From contig OZ024742.1 in assembly GCA_964016885.1 (NCBI GenBank), forward strand, positions 343,914,001 to 343,978,000: a DNA stretch of 64,000 nucleotides, written 5' to 3'. This stretch comes from Eledone cirrhosa. Its lineage: Eukaryota. Below the pieces are notes generated by a model. It was not told where the DNA came from, searched no databases, and saw only the letters and a program-made list of their open reading frames with translations. The translations under genes and the position numbers were made by a program. Of this stretch, positions 11,966-25,367 are shown one piece after another (positions within the stretch are counted from its first letter, which is position 1; each line of letters begins with the position of its first letter).

Positions 11966-14900
11966 TTGTAAAAACTAACGCTTAAAAAAAAAAATGGCTG
12001 AAGCAACAGCTTCTTCACCAACATTCGAAGGAGGAAAGGGGAAGATATGCTTACAGCTGCCCCCTTCCACTGTCATAGTAGCAGATGTCTCAGACAAAGG
12101 TCAGCCAGAGGAAGGATTTTGTTCACCTGCTGCCCAACAACTTGACATTGCCATGCAACAAACCAAAACCCAAAATGTGAAACAATGAACAAAAACAACA
12201 CAACCGGCGACACCAGCAACAACAACAACAATGCTATGAACGAAACAACACCAACAACAACGAAGACAACAACAATAACAAGAACAAAAAAAACAACAAC
12301 TCCAGCACAAACGAAAACAACAAAACACACAAAAAGAATAGAAAAACGTTTGCAGAAAGCCTTACCAAAGAGACAGAGTTTATACAGATAGATCTGTCAA
12401 ACCAAGCGCAGCACCTAAAGGACGTTGTGCAACATATAACTTTCGAAGGTAACGGTTTCGAATAAGAACCCCACCGGAAATTAGAGCCGCCACCTTAAGA
12501 AAAAACAATTTTCTTCCGGATGATCTGCTCACAAACCAAGAAACCGATGGCTTTAAGCAATAGCACGGTGGAAATCGCGCTAAAGGAGGCAATGCCAGAC
12601 ATTGCTTACCTCCAGAGGGCCAAGCAGTACGGTAGCATCTCGGTGCTCTTTAAAAGTGAGGCCCTCGCCCAGAAATATTCGGTGGCTCCAATTAGAACGA
12701 GCCAACACATCTTCTTCCCAACATACATGGGAAGAAGAACCCATAAAATAAGGATCTCCCAGATCCCACCGAACACCAACATTTGGTAGTTCCTGGGTGG
12801 TTTTTTGGAGGAGGGTGAAGACAACCTCCTCTCTGTAAAAAATTCAATCCGACAGAACTGGCGCGGGACCTTAATTGAGTTTTTAGATCAAACGAAACCG
12901 GAGAGGATTGAAAAAATACCGGAAATACATCGCAGTGGAGGGCGAAAGACCGCAATGTTTCAAATGTGGAAAAAACACACATTTAAAAGCATTTTGCTCA
13001 ATGCTGGATGTGGAAAAATAAAAGAAGGCGTTGTGGCCAACCCCAAAACTATAACAGACACACCCGAAAACAAAAAACACAACCCCCAAACCATCAACAT
13101 TCACCCAACTACCACAAACCACAAAAGACACCATACCAAATATTCCCCTGAAGAACTCTGTCCCACCCCTTCCCCCTCAGTCCAACACTCCCACAAATAC
13201 ACACACAAACACTCCACCACTACACAACATACCCCTCCCACCTACCCACAATGATAACTCCTCAGACACGGGAACCTCAACATCTCCAAGTGTGGATGAA
13301 GAGGAATCCCAAAATCCAAGAAGCAAAAAAGACAGAAAATATACAACAAAAACATCAACTGAAAACACGCACACACCCAACAGTGACATAAACATACCGC
13401 CACAAACGACAATCACACCAACAACACAACCAGACACTTCGCCAACAAAACAAACACCCACACCACCACAATCACAAACCCCAACCACAAAAATAAAACT
13501 ACAAACAGAAACAGTACACATAAAAAACAAAACACATTACATATACATAAAAACGAGAAACAAAGAACTGGTGGAAACTGACCCCACAATAAAAACGGAA
13601 GGGAAAACCTTCCCCACCTACGACCCACCCCCAAACCTCGAACTTATCAGGGTAACAACCCTACAGTATAAAACTTTAAAAGAGAACATCCCACATGATG
13701 TGGGCCCCCCTTGCCAAAAGCCCCTTAACTGTGACCTGCTAAAGGATTCCCTCCCTCCCCAAACACCACCAATCTGGAAATGGAGATCGAACAACCCGAC
13801 CTCCAGGAAACGAAAAGGTAAGTGTTCCTGCCTTTTCTCTCCTTAACTCTTCTTCGCCAACATGGCGACTATACAAGCTGGATGTTTGAATCTACGTGGC
13901 CTGGTCATGTCCTGGAAACAGGGCCAGCTTTTAAATGATTTCAGGTCACATTGTATAGATGTGATAGCCATCACCGAGTCCAGGATTCACGACAAGCAGC
14001 AGCTAACTCCCATGTTCGATGTTTTTGAGATCTACACATCTCTCTGTCAGCCAGGAGGTGGAGGGGGAGTTGTTCTGTTTCGAAAAAACTTGGATCTCAA
14101 AATACAGACGATTCACTTGGACCCGGAGGGCAGCCTAGTAGTCCTGGATGTGAATGATAGTGAAGGTGGAGCTTTCAGACTGGTGCCGTATATGCCCCGA
14201 CTGGGACATCGCGACCAGAGTTCTTCAAGCGTCTGGAGCCATTCCTGGGAACGTCTCGCTCCTTAGTGTTAGCGGGGAACTGGAATGGCATCTTAGACGC
14301 ACGCTGGGACTATGTAGGAGCTTGTGATAATAGAGGGGGGTGTAATAGCCTAAAAAATCTCATCAGCCAATTCCAACTGGGTGATAGATATCGACTAGAC
14401 TTCCCAAGTGCACTATTGTGGACGTGGAGCAACCGCACTGGGTCTTCTAGATCGTATTTAGATAGATTTTTAATTAGACAAAATGATAAGGAAACATTAA
14501 GCTGTCCATAAATACACATGGTTGCCTATTCAGACCACAAATTAGTCACCTGCGTAGTCAACCTTGATAGAACACATAGACAGGGACCCGGATACTGGAA
14601 GCTAAACATGTCGCTCCCGGCGCGTAAGGCCTACAGTAAACGGATTAGCACCTTAGTTAAGTGCCAGTTGACGGGGGCGATCGTCAACAACAGATGGTGA
14701 AGCTCTCTCAAGAGAGCAATTAGAATAGAATCGATAGCCTTTAGCAAGTAAGTAGCTTTAGAAAAAAACAAAACCGAAAAGGAACTGGTAGCTAAAATAG
14801 AAGAGGCACTTAGGAATGGCAGTACAGCTGGCGTGCTAGCGGCGAGAACGGCACTAAACCAGTTCTTCAACGTGAAACACGAAGGTTGTATTGTCAGAAG

Positions 14901-17490
14901 TAGAACACGTGCTCTAAGAAACGAGGGAACCAAAGCTGTTAACTGGCAATAAATCCACAATTCGGTCTTTTCAAGACAAAGATGGACGCATTATACTTGA
15001 ATTCAAGTAGATGTGCACGGCCTTCAAGCAGCATTTTGCACAACTGTTCGGACAAAGCGGTACATCGAGCGAGGTGATGGACTTCAGCTCCTACCTCGAT
15101 GGCGTACGACGACTCTCGAGCACATATGCGGAGATCACAGCGGGCGAAATAGAAGACGCCTAGGCCGCTGCGGGAAACGCATGGTCTACCGTATGAGTTT
15201 AACATAGGCATGCCAGACTTGTTCTCTGGTGTCTTCGAAACTCGAAGCGGTCTACTGCAACTGGCAGCAGAATGGGAGGATTCCCAGTTCTGTAGGCAGA
15301 GGCGTAGTAACGCTGATGAGGAAAGATGAGAACAAGGGGTGTGTGGGTGAGATAACCAATTTCAGGCCCATAACTCTGCTCAACACAGAGTTAAAGATTT
15401 TGGCCAAGGTGTTAGCAGCGAGAGTGGCGCTTGTCGTCGAGAATCTGGTAGGGGAAGCCCAAACGTGTGCAATCCCGACCATGTCCATACACGGCAACCT
15501 ACACCTCGTACGATACATCATAGAGAGGGTAGGGTGTAAACCTGGCTTCAGTGGGGCTCTGATCAATTTAGATCAGTCTAAGGCATTTGATAGGGTAGAC
15601 CATCAATACTTGGACGCAGTTCTCAAGGCGGCCGCCTTCGGTCCCGTCTTCAGAGGCTGGATCGCTGCTATGCACACCAGCATCTGCTCGGCAGTCAAGG
15701 TGAATGGCTACCTATCAGAGCCATCCCAAATCATGTGTTCCATCCGTCAGGGATGCCCTCTCTCCTCCATTCTGTATGTACTGACTCTCGAGCCATTACT
15801 GCGAAAGTTGGAGCTGTTGCAGGGCATCTCGATCGAACTAGGACTGCAGAAAGGAGCATCGGCCTATGCCGACGACGTAACCGTAATGGTGTCGAAAGCC
15901 TCAGACATGGGGGTAATCAGCAACCTATTACAGGAATACGAAACGTTGACAGGAGCAAGACTAAACCCAAACAAGTCTGTCGGTTTGCAACTCGGCACAT
16001 GGAGAGGTAAACGCATGTCTTCCGACAGTGTCGTTGGACGCTGGACGGAAGGACCGGTGACATTTCTCGGGGTCTGGTTTGGTCCAGACCTCCAGGTGGA
16101 CAAGAACTGGAATAAGGTCACGGCGAAGGTGTTTGCACTCACCTAGAAGTGGGCTGAGTGCAAACTCTTCTTGAAAGGTCGAGCGGAGGAGACGAACACT
16201 TACATAGCGTCCGTCATCTACTACCGCTTGACAGTCGTGCCTTGTACCCGCGAATACCTCACCAAAATGGAACGCCTACTCTTCAAGTTCCGCTGGAAGA
16301 AACAGGCTCCATTGGTGAAGAGATCCATCTGCTGTCAACACCCTTCTGACGTAGGGCTGGGCTTGTCGTGGCTGGTGATGCGCAAACACGCGCTGAGGCT
16401 ACGCCATCACCAGGTATTCCTGACCAGTAAACCGGTGTGGCTGTCGTTTGTGAGACAAGCTCTTTCACAACTCGTCTCACTAACAGAGCTGCAGTCCTGG
16501 GTCTAGCGAAGAACGAAAATGAGTGCCTGGCACCTCGAGTGCCTACAGGCGCTCACAGCCCTCTACCAAGCGGAAACGGCAATCAGCAGAGACTTCACCT
16601 CGACATTCTATAGGGGATTAGTGGAGGATAAGTGCGACAACGTTCTCGGGGAAACTACGCATCGAGGAGGACGAACTGACCTATATGTTCGGGAGGACTT
16701 TCCGTCCAGGGCCTATGGATAACTTCCAGAGGTCTCTGGCCTGGCAGTGCTACCGATGAGCTTTACCAGTTCGAGACAAAATCTACAGGCACGAACACCC
16801 TGGCAGAGATCCTGCCAAAAGGACCTGTCTAAGATGCGAGCAGGACATCGAAACCATTCTGCACGCATTGTTCAGTGCCCAGAGGTGACCGACCTGTGGA
16901 ATTATGTCGAACAGTACTGTCACGTGTAGGACGCATCCAGTTGTCAGCCGAGTCCATCGTGAGGATCACCCCGCCGCCTTCATTTAAGAAAGAAGGTGGG
17001 GCGGTTTTCCCCTTTCTGGTGGCTATGGCGAAAGAGGTGATATGGTGAACGAGGTTAAAAGGACTGAGGGCAAACACCTTTCTCTCCGGACAACAACTTA
17101 TCCCCTTCTTTAAGTACCACTTCAGAAGGAAGGTGAGAATGGAGAGAGAGGTGCTACACCCCAGTAAATTCGCTGAAAGGTGGGAGAATGTGACGAAAAT
17201 GGGCCGAGTGAATGGGCCTTCTCTGTATATAAACCTGTAGGTTGAGGAAGATAAACAGAGGGAAGACAGGAACACCTACAAAACGTGTTCCTGGTGTTGA
17301 GGGCTGTTCTATCCACGGGGTGAAAACAACCCCATACAGTAAAGCCCCCCCCCCCCCATTGAGGATTTCAATTGTTATTTTATAGTTTATTGTTATTTAA
17401 TAATGTTAAAGTTATTTTTATATAAAACCTCCGCCGTCACGTCTTGTACTGTCCCATTATTGTACGCCCCTGTGGCAAATAAAGAAAGAT
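11966..17490 (+). mobile_element. L1/Tx1-clade LINE, subfamily B, near full length, heavily disrupted
   Basis: ORF1 starts MAEATASSPTFEGGKGK at 11994 (homologous to 20114); ORF2 remnant 13862-17240 with many stops and frameshifts; flanked by (ATCT)n. Confidence 0.9.
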
Positions 17491-17509
17491 ATCTATCTAT
17501 CTATCTATA

Positions 17510-18052
17510 GGAATCCAGTTGACTGCCGAGTCCATGGTAAGGATCAAACCACCAGCTTCTTTCAAAAACGAAAGAGAGGCACTTTTCCTCTGTATAGTGG
17601 CTATCGTGAAAGAAGTTATATGGTGGACGAGATTGAGAGGACTGAGGACAGATACCTTTCTCCCCGGACACCAATTGATTCTCTTCTTTAAGTATCACTT
17701 TAGAAGGAGAATCAGAGTGGAAAGAGAGGCACTGCACCCCAGTAAATTTACTGAAAGGTGGGTGAATGTGGCAAAAATGGCCCGAGTGATTGGGCCTTCT
17801 CTGTTTATAAGTCTGTAGGTTAAAGAAGAAAGCAAAAGTAAGAAAGGAACACTTGCACAACACGCTCCTGAAGTTGAGGGTTGTTCAATCGACGGGGTAT
17901 TAAATAACCCATTTGTGGCGTTTCCCCCCTATTGGTGATTTCGATTGTTATAATTGTTTGTTTTATATATTTTTACACGACTGTATGTAAATTACCCGGC
18001 ATGTCTTTGTATTGTCCCCCTTTTCTTATGCGCCCTTGTAGCAAATAAAGAA
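17510..18052 (+). mobile_element. Tx1 subfamily A 3' fragment
   Basis: Closely matches 11415-11953; (ATCT)n on both sides. Confidence 0.92.
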
Positions 18053-18062
18053 ATCTATCTAT

Positions 18063-18312
18063 GAGGAAGATAAACAGGGGGAAGATGGGAACACCTACAC
18101 AATGTGTTCCTGGTATTGAGCGTTGTTCTATCCACGGGGTGTAAAACAACCCTGCAGTAACGTTCCCCTCTATTTGGGATTTAAATTGTTATTTTATTAT
18201 ATATAATTTGTTATTTATTAATGTTAAAGTTATATGATTTTTATGTAAAACCCCCACCGTCACGTCTTGTAATGTCCCATTTTTGTACACCCCTGTGTCA
18301 AATAAAGACATA
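18063..18312 (+). mobile_element. Tx1 subfamily B 3'UTR-only insertion
   Basis: Matches 17244-17490; (ATCT)n on both sides. Confidence 0.9.
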
Positions 18313-18337
18313 TATCTCTATCTATCTATCTATCTAT

Positions 18338-19916
18338 TCGAGGAAGTCGGCACCTTACTAAAGGAATACGAAAGTCTCACAGGAGCGATGCTGAACCGGG
18401 ACAAGTCCATCGGTTTGCAACTCGGATCGTGGAGAGGCAGACCGATGCCTTCCGATGGCGTCGTCGGATGCTGGACGGAAGGACCGGTAAAGCTGCTCGG
18501 GGTCTGGTTTGGTCCGGACCTCCAGGTGGAGAAGAACTGGAACGAAGTGACGGCCAAGGTGTTTGCACTCACCCAGAAGTGGGCCGAGTGCAAACTATCC
18601 TTGAAAGGTCGAGCGGAGGTGGCGAACACTTTTATAGCGTCCGCCATCTACTACCGCTTGACCGTCGTGCCTTGTCCAGCCAAAACGCTCGCCAAAATGG
18701 AGCGCGCCCTCTTCCGATTCCTTTGGAAGAGGCGGGCTCCTTTGGTAAGAAGATCCATCTGCTGCCAACACCCTTCTAACGGAGGGCTGGGGATGCCGTG
18801 GTTGACGATGCGCAAACACGCGCTCAGGCTGCGGCATCTCTACGTATTCCTCACCGGACAACCGGTGTGGGCCCCGTTCGTGAGGCGAGCCTTCCCACGA
18901 CTCGTCTCGCTGACCGAGCTGCAGTCCTGGGTCAAGCAGAGACCGAGGAAAATGGGCGACTGGCACATCGAATGTGCTCAGGCGCTCACAGCCCTCTGGC
19001 AGGCGGACCCAGTGATCAGTGGAGACTCCACTTCGTCATTCTATAGAGGGTTGGTCCGCAGCAAGTGCGACGACGCGCTCGGTGAAACTCTAGGCGTGGA
19101 GGAAGATGAACTGGCCAGTCTGTTCGGTAGGACCTTCCGCCCGGGACCGATGGACAACTTCCAAAAGTCCCTGGCCTGGCAGTGCTACCGAGGAGCTCTA
19201 CCAGTTCGAGACAAGCTCTACAGACATGGGCGCCCGGGCAGGGACCCTGCAAAAAAGATCTGTCCGAGGTGCGTGCGAGACGAAGAAACCGTCGCGCACG
19301 CATTCATACACTGCCCGGGCGTCACTGACCTGTGGGGCTATGTAGAACGACTATTGTCGCGGGTGGGACCAATCCAGTTGACCACCGAGTCCATTGTCAT
19401 GATCAAACCGCCACCCTCCTTCAAAAACGAAGGAGAGGCGGTTTTCCTTTGTGTGATAGCTATGGCGAAAGAGGTTGTATGGTGGACAAGGTTGAAAGGG
19501 CTGAGGTCAGACACCTTTCTCTCCGGCCAACAACTGATTCTTTTTTTCAAATACCACTTTGGAAGAAGAATCAGGATGGAGAGAGAGATGCTGTACCCCA
19601 GCAAGTTTTATGAAAGGTGGGTGAAAGTGGCGAGAATGGCCCGAGTGAATGGGCCTTCTCTCTATATCAGCCTGTAGGTTGAGGAAAAGGAGGAGGAGAG
19701 GAAAGGAGTACAAGCTCTTCGTACTCCTGGAGATGAGGGTTGCACATTTTTTTCGGGGGTCTGTGTTACCCATATAAACTGTCTCCCTCTATTGGGGAAA
19801 ATCGACTAACTTTTAAATTCCATCTGTGATAACATTTTACACGTTTTTATTGTATGTAAACTTCCCCCTTTGTATTTGTCCCCTTCTTTTGTGCTCCTGT
19901 GGCTAATAAAGAAATA
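18338..19916 (+). mobile_element. Tx1 subfamily D 5'-truncated copy; ORF2 C-terminal part is open to TAG 19677
   Basis: RT thumb plus CCHC domain uninterrupted; distinct 3'UTR; (ATCT)n on both sides. Confidence 0.9.
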
Positions 19917-20113
19917 TATCTATCTATCTATCTATCTGTTCTGTTTAAATTTCTATAGAAATTCTTGTCTGATAACTTTAATTTTTGTACCATTTTGTAG
20001 AGGGACTGCCAGGTCAAACTTTGATCTGGTCAGTCTCTCAAAATATTCTACGCCTTTAGGCGAAATAGTTAAAAAAAAAGTTTTTTCTTGTTGAAAAGTC
20101 AATATTTTTTTAA

Positions 20114-21905
20114 ATGGCCGAAGCTTCTTCACCAAAATTCGAAGGAGGAAAGGGGAAGATGAACTTACAGCTTCCCCCTGCCACTGTCACAGTAGCAGAG
20201 GTCAAGAAGATAGGTCAGCCAGAGGAAGAATTCTCTCCACCTGTTAACCGACAACTTGACGTTGCCATGGCAACAACCCAAAGAACCAGCAGCAACAGCA
20301 ACAACAACAACAATGCGACGGACGAAAACAACACCAATAACAATAACAATAACAACAACAACAAGACCAATAACGGTGACAACAACAAAAATGATAACAA
20401 CAACACCACCAACGACAACAACAACACAAACAAACAAAATTTCTCCTTCGCCGAGACGACAAGGAAAACCCTCGACTATCTGCCAGTAGATATAACAAAA
20501 GCGAAGGAGCTACTGGCGGATGCGAAAAAATATATAGTGTACGGGGAAAATGGTTCATTCACAATCCATTCCCCCCCCGGAACTAAAAAGCCAGAGACTC
20601 CTAAACACGGTCATGTTTAGGACAATCTCGAACAAAAGTAAAAAACCAGCTCAACCATCACAGAGCGAGATAGAGCTGGTTTTAAAAGACGTCATGAAGG
20701 ACATCACCTTCATTCAGAAGGATAGACTCTACGGGAGTCTATCCATTCTCATGAAGGACAGGGACACAGCAGTGAAACTGTCCATCAAACCAATCACATC
20801 CACCGCATACACCTTCTACCCTACGTAAATGGGTAGAAGAACACAAAAAATAAAAATCCACACCATCCTGCCGATTATGGACATATGGTGGGTTTTGACA
20901 GGTTTTCTGGACCTGGAGGATGACATGCTGGTGTCCATGGGAAAGGCATCGGGTGACGCGTTCAGTGGAACGAGCCTCGAACTTGTAGTTCAAATGAGGC
21001 CCGAAAGGATCGCCCAGATCCCTGAACGCGTCATACTGGATGATCTAACCTTCATCAACATTACCGTTGAGGGTAGACGGCCCTCGTGTTACCTCTGCGG
21101 AACCAGAGGTCACCTGAGGGCTGTCTGTCCCCAACTTAATAAGAAAACCCCAATCCTGCCTACACCACCAACAACTGCACAACCAACACAATCACCACAA
21201 CTACCACTACAAAAACAACCACCACAGCTCAAACCAAAACAAAACAATGTCCAACCCATCCCCTCCACTCAAAAAACAAAAACAATTTCCAAAACACCCG
21301 TACCGCAAACACAACCCGAAAATATACCCCTCCCCTCCAACGCGGAAGATGACCCTAGTTCGTCGTCAGACGAGGAGGAGCACTTCCACACAATCAAAAG
21401 AAAAAAAAGAAAACACACCTCAGACACACAAATGAAAAAAACCCCTCCCCAAAACATAACACTGACACCAACACAAAAGAGCTCACAACAGCAAACAAAA
21501 AACACCACACAAAAACAAAAACATGCATACACATACATAAATACAAGAAACAAAAAACTGTTAAACATTGTGTACAACAACAATCTAATAAAAACACAAG
21601 GGCCCAACTTCACCCAGGCAGGGGATTTCCCCCACCTCAAAATGATTAAGGCCCCACAGGACACCTATAAAACTTTAAAAAACAATTTTAAAGAGGACGT
21701 GGGTCCCCCCTGCGTCGGGCCCATTAACCGCGTCCTCCTAAAAAACTATCCCACCCCCTCCCCAAACACCCTCACAACTCCAAGCTCCCCAACCACACAA
21801 CACACTGATGCCCCCACACTTCCACAAACCACCACCCCACCCAACAACCCATCCCCCACCCTAATGGAAATTGTGCAGCCCGATACCCGGGACGCAGAGA
21901 GGTAA
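20114..21905 (+). pseudogene. Tx1 ORF1 (poly-Asn tract, CCHC zinc knuckle, Pro/Thr/Gln-rich region); +1 frameshift in C-run 20571-78 and TAA at 20826
   Basis: Three consecutive ORF pieces join into a ~597-aa protein; knuckle CYLCGTRGHLRAVC; homologous to ORF1 of subfamilies A and B. Confidence 0.85.
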
Positions 21906-21929
21906 GTGCCTTTTCTCTTCACCACCAAC

Positions 21930-24900
21930 ATGGCTATGCTAAGAGTAGGCTGTTTAAATGCGCGTGGCCTGGGCTCAACTTGGAAGCAAGCAATGCTTCT
22001 AAATGACCTCAGGTCACAACGTATAGATGTGATGGTTATTTGCGAGGCCCGGATCAGCATCGTGCGACAGCTGGCCCCCACCTTTGATGACTTTGAGATG
22101 CACGCATCTCTCTGTCAGCCCGGAGGTGGGGGTGGAGTTGTCGTTCTGCTGCAAAAACATCTGGGTCTCGCAACACAGATGGTACATTTGGACCCGGAGG
22201 GTCGACTAGTGGTTCTGGACCTTGGCAGTGGTAAAGGCGGAGCGTTTAGGTTGGTAGCCGCCTACGGCCCTTTCGGGTCAATGCGGCCGGACTTCTTCCA
22301 TCGTCTGGAGACTTTTCTAGGGACGTCCCGCTCCTTGCTATTAGTGGGGGACTGGAATGGTATCCTAGATGCACGCTGGGACTACGTAGGGGCCTGCCCC
22401 GATAGAGAGGGGTGTAATAGCCTCAAAGGGTTAATCGGTCGATTTGACCTGGCCGATAGATATCGACTAGATTTTCCGACTGCGCCAACCTGGACTTGGG
22501 CAAATCGTAGCGGATCATCTAGGTCGTACCTAGATAGGTTCTTAGTTAGAATTAAGGATAAGGACTTTTTAAGTTGTCCAAAAATGCGCATGGTTGGCTA
22601 TTCAGACCACAAATTAGTGACCTGCATGGTCAACCTTGACAGAACTCATAGACAGGGCCCCGGTTACTGGAAGCTCAACTTGTCCTTGCCGGCAAGTAGA
22701 GCCTACAGGAATCGGATTAGTACGTTAGTTAAGGAACGGTTGACTGGAGCGATCGTCAACAGCAGGTGGTGGGTATCTCTAAAGAGAGAGATTAGAGTAG
22801 TCTCGATAGAATTTAGTAAGGTTCTAGCTGCGGATAGGAATAGGAAGGAAAGGGAGCTAATAGATAGAGTAGAAGAGGCAATTAGAAGCGGCGACGTGGC
22901 CAGAGTGCTAGCGTCGAGAACGGCTTTGAGCCAGTTTTTCGACGCGAAGCACGAAGGCTGCGTTGTCCGAAGTAAAATACGTGCTCTAGGGAACGAGGGG
23001 ACCAAAGCTGTTAGCTGGGCCCGCGTGACAGAGGCCAACAGTGGAACTAAATCCACCATCCGGTCTTTGCGAGACCTGGATGGACGGGCGATTCTTGAGC
23101 CTAAGCAGATGTGTGAGGCCTTTCAAAGGCACTTTGCCCGACTGTTCGGGAGGGGCGGGGAGCCGGTTGGGAACGTGGACTTCGGTCCATACCTCGACGG
23201 CCTGCCGCGCCTCTCGGACAGGGAGGCGAAGTCCTGCGAGGAGCCGATTTCGGCCGCTGAGATAGAGGACGTGCTGAGCCAATGCGGCAAACGCAAATCC
23301 CCGGGTCTCGATGGTCTTCCTTACGAATTATATCTAGCTATGCCGGACTTGTTCCCCGATCTCCTCGAGGCGGTCTACTGCAACTGGCAACAGAACGGGA
23401 GAATTCCCTGTACTGTGACCAAGGGCGTAGTCACGCTAGTGAGGAAGGACGAGAACAAGGGGGACGAAATAAGTAACTTCAGGCCCATAACACTGCTAAA
23501 TACAGAGTTACAGATTTTGGCCAAGGTGCTAGCAAAGAGGTTGGCGCTTGTCGTGGGCAACCTGGTGGGAGATGCGCAGACATGCGCTATCCCGTCCAGG
23601 TCCATCCATGACAACCTCCACCTCATGCGATACATCATAGAGAGGGTTGGGAACGAACCCGGCTTTGGTGGGGCTCTGATCAACTTGGATCAATCTAAGG
23701 CGTTCGATAGGGTCGACCATGGTTACCTGGATGCGGTGCTAGCGGCGGCAGGCTTCGGACCCGTTTTCAGGGGCTGGATCACTGCTATGCACAGCAGCCG
23801 CATCTGCTCTAGGGTCAAGGTGAACGGCTACCTCTCGGAGCCGTTCAAAATCGCGCGGTCCATCCGACAAGGGTGCCCTCTCTCCTCCCTTCTGTATGTG
23901 TTGACTCTCGAGCCACTACTGCGGAAGTTGGAGTTGTTGCAGGGCATCCCTTTGGAACCGGGATTGCGGAAAGCGGTGTCGGCCTACGCCGATGACGTGA
24001 CAGTAATGGTGTCGACGGCCTCCGAAATCGAGGCGGTCGGCACCTTACTGGAGGAGTACGAACAGTTCACAGGGGCTAAGCTGAACCGGGACAAGTCGAT
24101 CGGTTTGCAACTCGGCACGTGGAGGGGCAGACCGATGCCCTCCGATAGCGTCGTCGGACGCTGGACGAAGGGCCCGGTGAAGTTGCTCGGGGTCTGGTTC
24201 GGACCGGACCTCCAGGTGGAGAAAAACTGGCCGGAGGTTACGAACAGGGTGTTTGCACTGACCCAGAAGTGGGCCAGTTGCAAACTATCCCTGAAAGGTC
24301 GGGCGGAGGTGGCGAACACCTACATAGCGTCCGTCATCTACTACCGCCTGACCGTAGTGCCCTGCCCAAGGGAAACCCTCACCAAGATGGAGCGCGCGCT
24401 CTTCCAATTCCTTTGGAAGAGGCGGGCTCCTATGGTGAGGAGATCCATCTGCTGTCAACACCCTTCGAAAGGAGGGCTGGGGATGCCGTGGCTAATGATG
24501 CGTAAACACGCATTAAGGCTACGGCACCTCTACGTATTCCTCACCGGACAACCGGTGTGGGCCTCGTTTGTGAGACGAACCTTTCCCAGACTCGTCTCAC
24601 TCACCGAGCTGCAATCCTGGGTCAAGCAAAGACCGAGAAAACTGGGCGCCTGGCACACTGAGTGTGCCCAGGCGCTCACCGCCCTCTGGCAGGCGGATCC
24701 GGTTATCAGTGGAGACTCCACCGCAACATTCTATAGAGGGCTGGTACGCAGCAGGTGCGACGACGCCCTCGGAGAAGCCCTAGACATGGAGGAGGACGAA
24801 CTGGCCAGCCTGTTCGGTAGGACATTCAGCCCGGGACCTATGGACAACTTCCAGAAGTCCCTGGCCTGGCAGTGCTACCGAGGGGCTTTACCCGTTCGAG

Positions 24901-25367
24901 AAAGGCTCTACAGACACGGGCGCCCGGGTAGGGACCCCGCCAAAAAGATCTGTCCCAGATGCGTGTGCGACGAGGAAACCGTTGCACACGCATTAGTACA
25001 CTGCTCGGGCGTAGCCGATCTGTGGGGCTATGTCGAACAACTGCTGTCAAGGGTGGGACCGATCCGGTTGACCACCGAGCCTATTGTAATGATCAAGCCG
25101 CCTCCCCCCTTCAAAGATGAAGCAGAGGCGGTGTTTCTGTGCGTAATAGCCATGGCGAAAGAGGTTGTATGGTGGACGCGTCTGAAAGGACTGAGGTCGG
25201 GCACCTTTCTCTCTGGCCAACAACTGGTCCGTTTCTTCCGATATCATTTCGGAAGAAGGATCAGGATGGAGAGAGAGGTGCTGCACCCCAGCCGTTTCTA
25301 TGAAAGATGGGTGAAAGTGGCGAGAATGGCCCGTGTGAATGGGCCTTCACTCTACATCAGACTATAG
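21930..25367 (+). CDS. Intact Tx1 ORF2 protein: APE endonuclease + reverse transcriptase + CCHC finger (1145 aa)
   Basis: ATG in CCAACATGG context conserved in all copies; all catalytic motifs (NARG, E, GDWN, DRF, SDH, DQSKAFD, QGCP, YADD) in one frame. Confidence 0.93.
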   Translation: MAMLRVGCLNARGLGSTWKQAMLLNDLRSQRIDVMVICEARISIVRQLAPTFDDFEMHASLCQPGGGGGVVVLLQKHLGLATQMVHLDPEGRLVVLDLGSGKGGAFRLVAAYGPFGSMRPDFFHRLETFLGTSRSLLLVGDWNGILDARWDYVGACPDREGCNSLKGLIGRFDLADRYRLDFPTAPTWTWANRSGSSRSYLDRFLVRIKDKDFLSCPKMRMVGYSDHKLVTCMVNLDRTHRQGPGYWKLNLSLPASRAYRNRISTLVKERLTGAIVNSRWWVSLKREIRVVSIEFSKVLAADRNRKERELIDRVEEAIRSGDVARVLASRTALSQFFDAKHEGCVVRSKIRALGNEGTKAVSWARVTEANSGTKSTIRSLRDLDGRAILEPKQMCEAFQRHFARLFGRGGEPVGNVDFGPYLDGLPRLSDREAKSCEEPISAAEIEDVLSQCGKRKSPGLDGLPYELYLAMPDLFPDLLEAVYCNWQQNGRIPCTVTKGVVTLVRKDENKGDEISNFRPITLLNTELQILAKVLAKRLALVVGNLVGDAQTCAIPSRSIHDNLHLMRYIIERVGNEPGFGGALINLDQSKAFDRVDHGYLDAVLAAAGFGPVFRGWITAMHSSRICSRVKVNGYLSEPFKIARSIRQGCPLSSLLYVLTLEPLLRKLELLQGIPLEPGLRKAVSAYADDVTVMVSTASEIEAVGTLLEEYEQFTGAKLNRDKSIGLQLGTWRGRPMPSDSVVGRWTKGPVKLLGVWFGPDLQVEKNWPEVTNRVFALTQKWASCKLSLKGRAEVANTYIASVIYYRLTVVPCPRETLTKMERALFQFLWKRRAPMVRRSICCQHPSKGGLGMPWLMMRKHALRLRHLYVFLTGQPVWASFVRRTFPRLVSLTELQSWVKQRPRKLGAWHTECAQALTALWQADPVISGDSTATFYRGLVRSRCDDALGEALDMEEDELASLFGRTFSPGPMDNFQKSLAWQCYRGALPVRERLYRHGRPGRDPAKKICPRCVCDEETVAHALVHCSGVADLWGYVEQLLSRVGPIRLTTEPIVMIKPPPPFKDEAEAVFLCVIAMAKEVVWWTRLKGLRSGTFLSGQQLVRFFRYHFGRRIRMEREVLHPSRFYERWVKVARMARVNGPSLYIRL

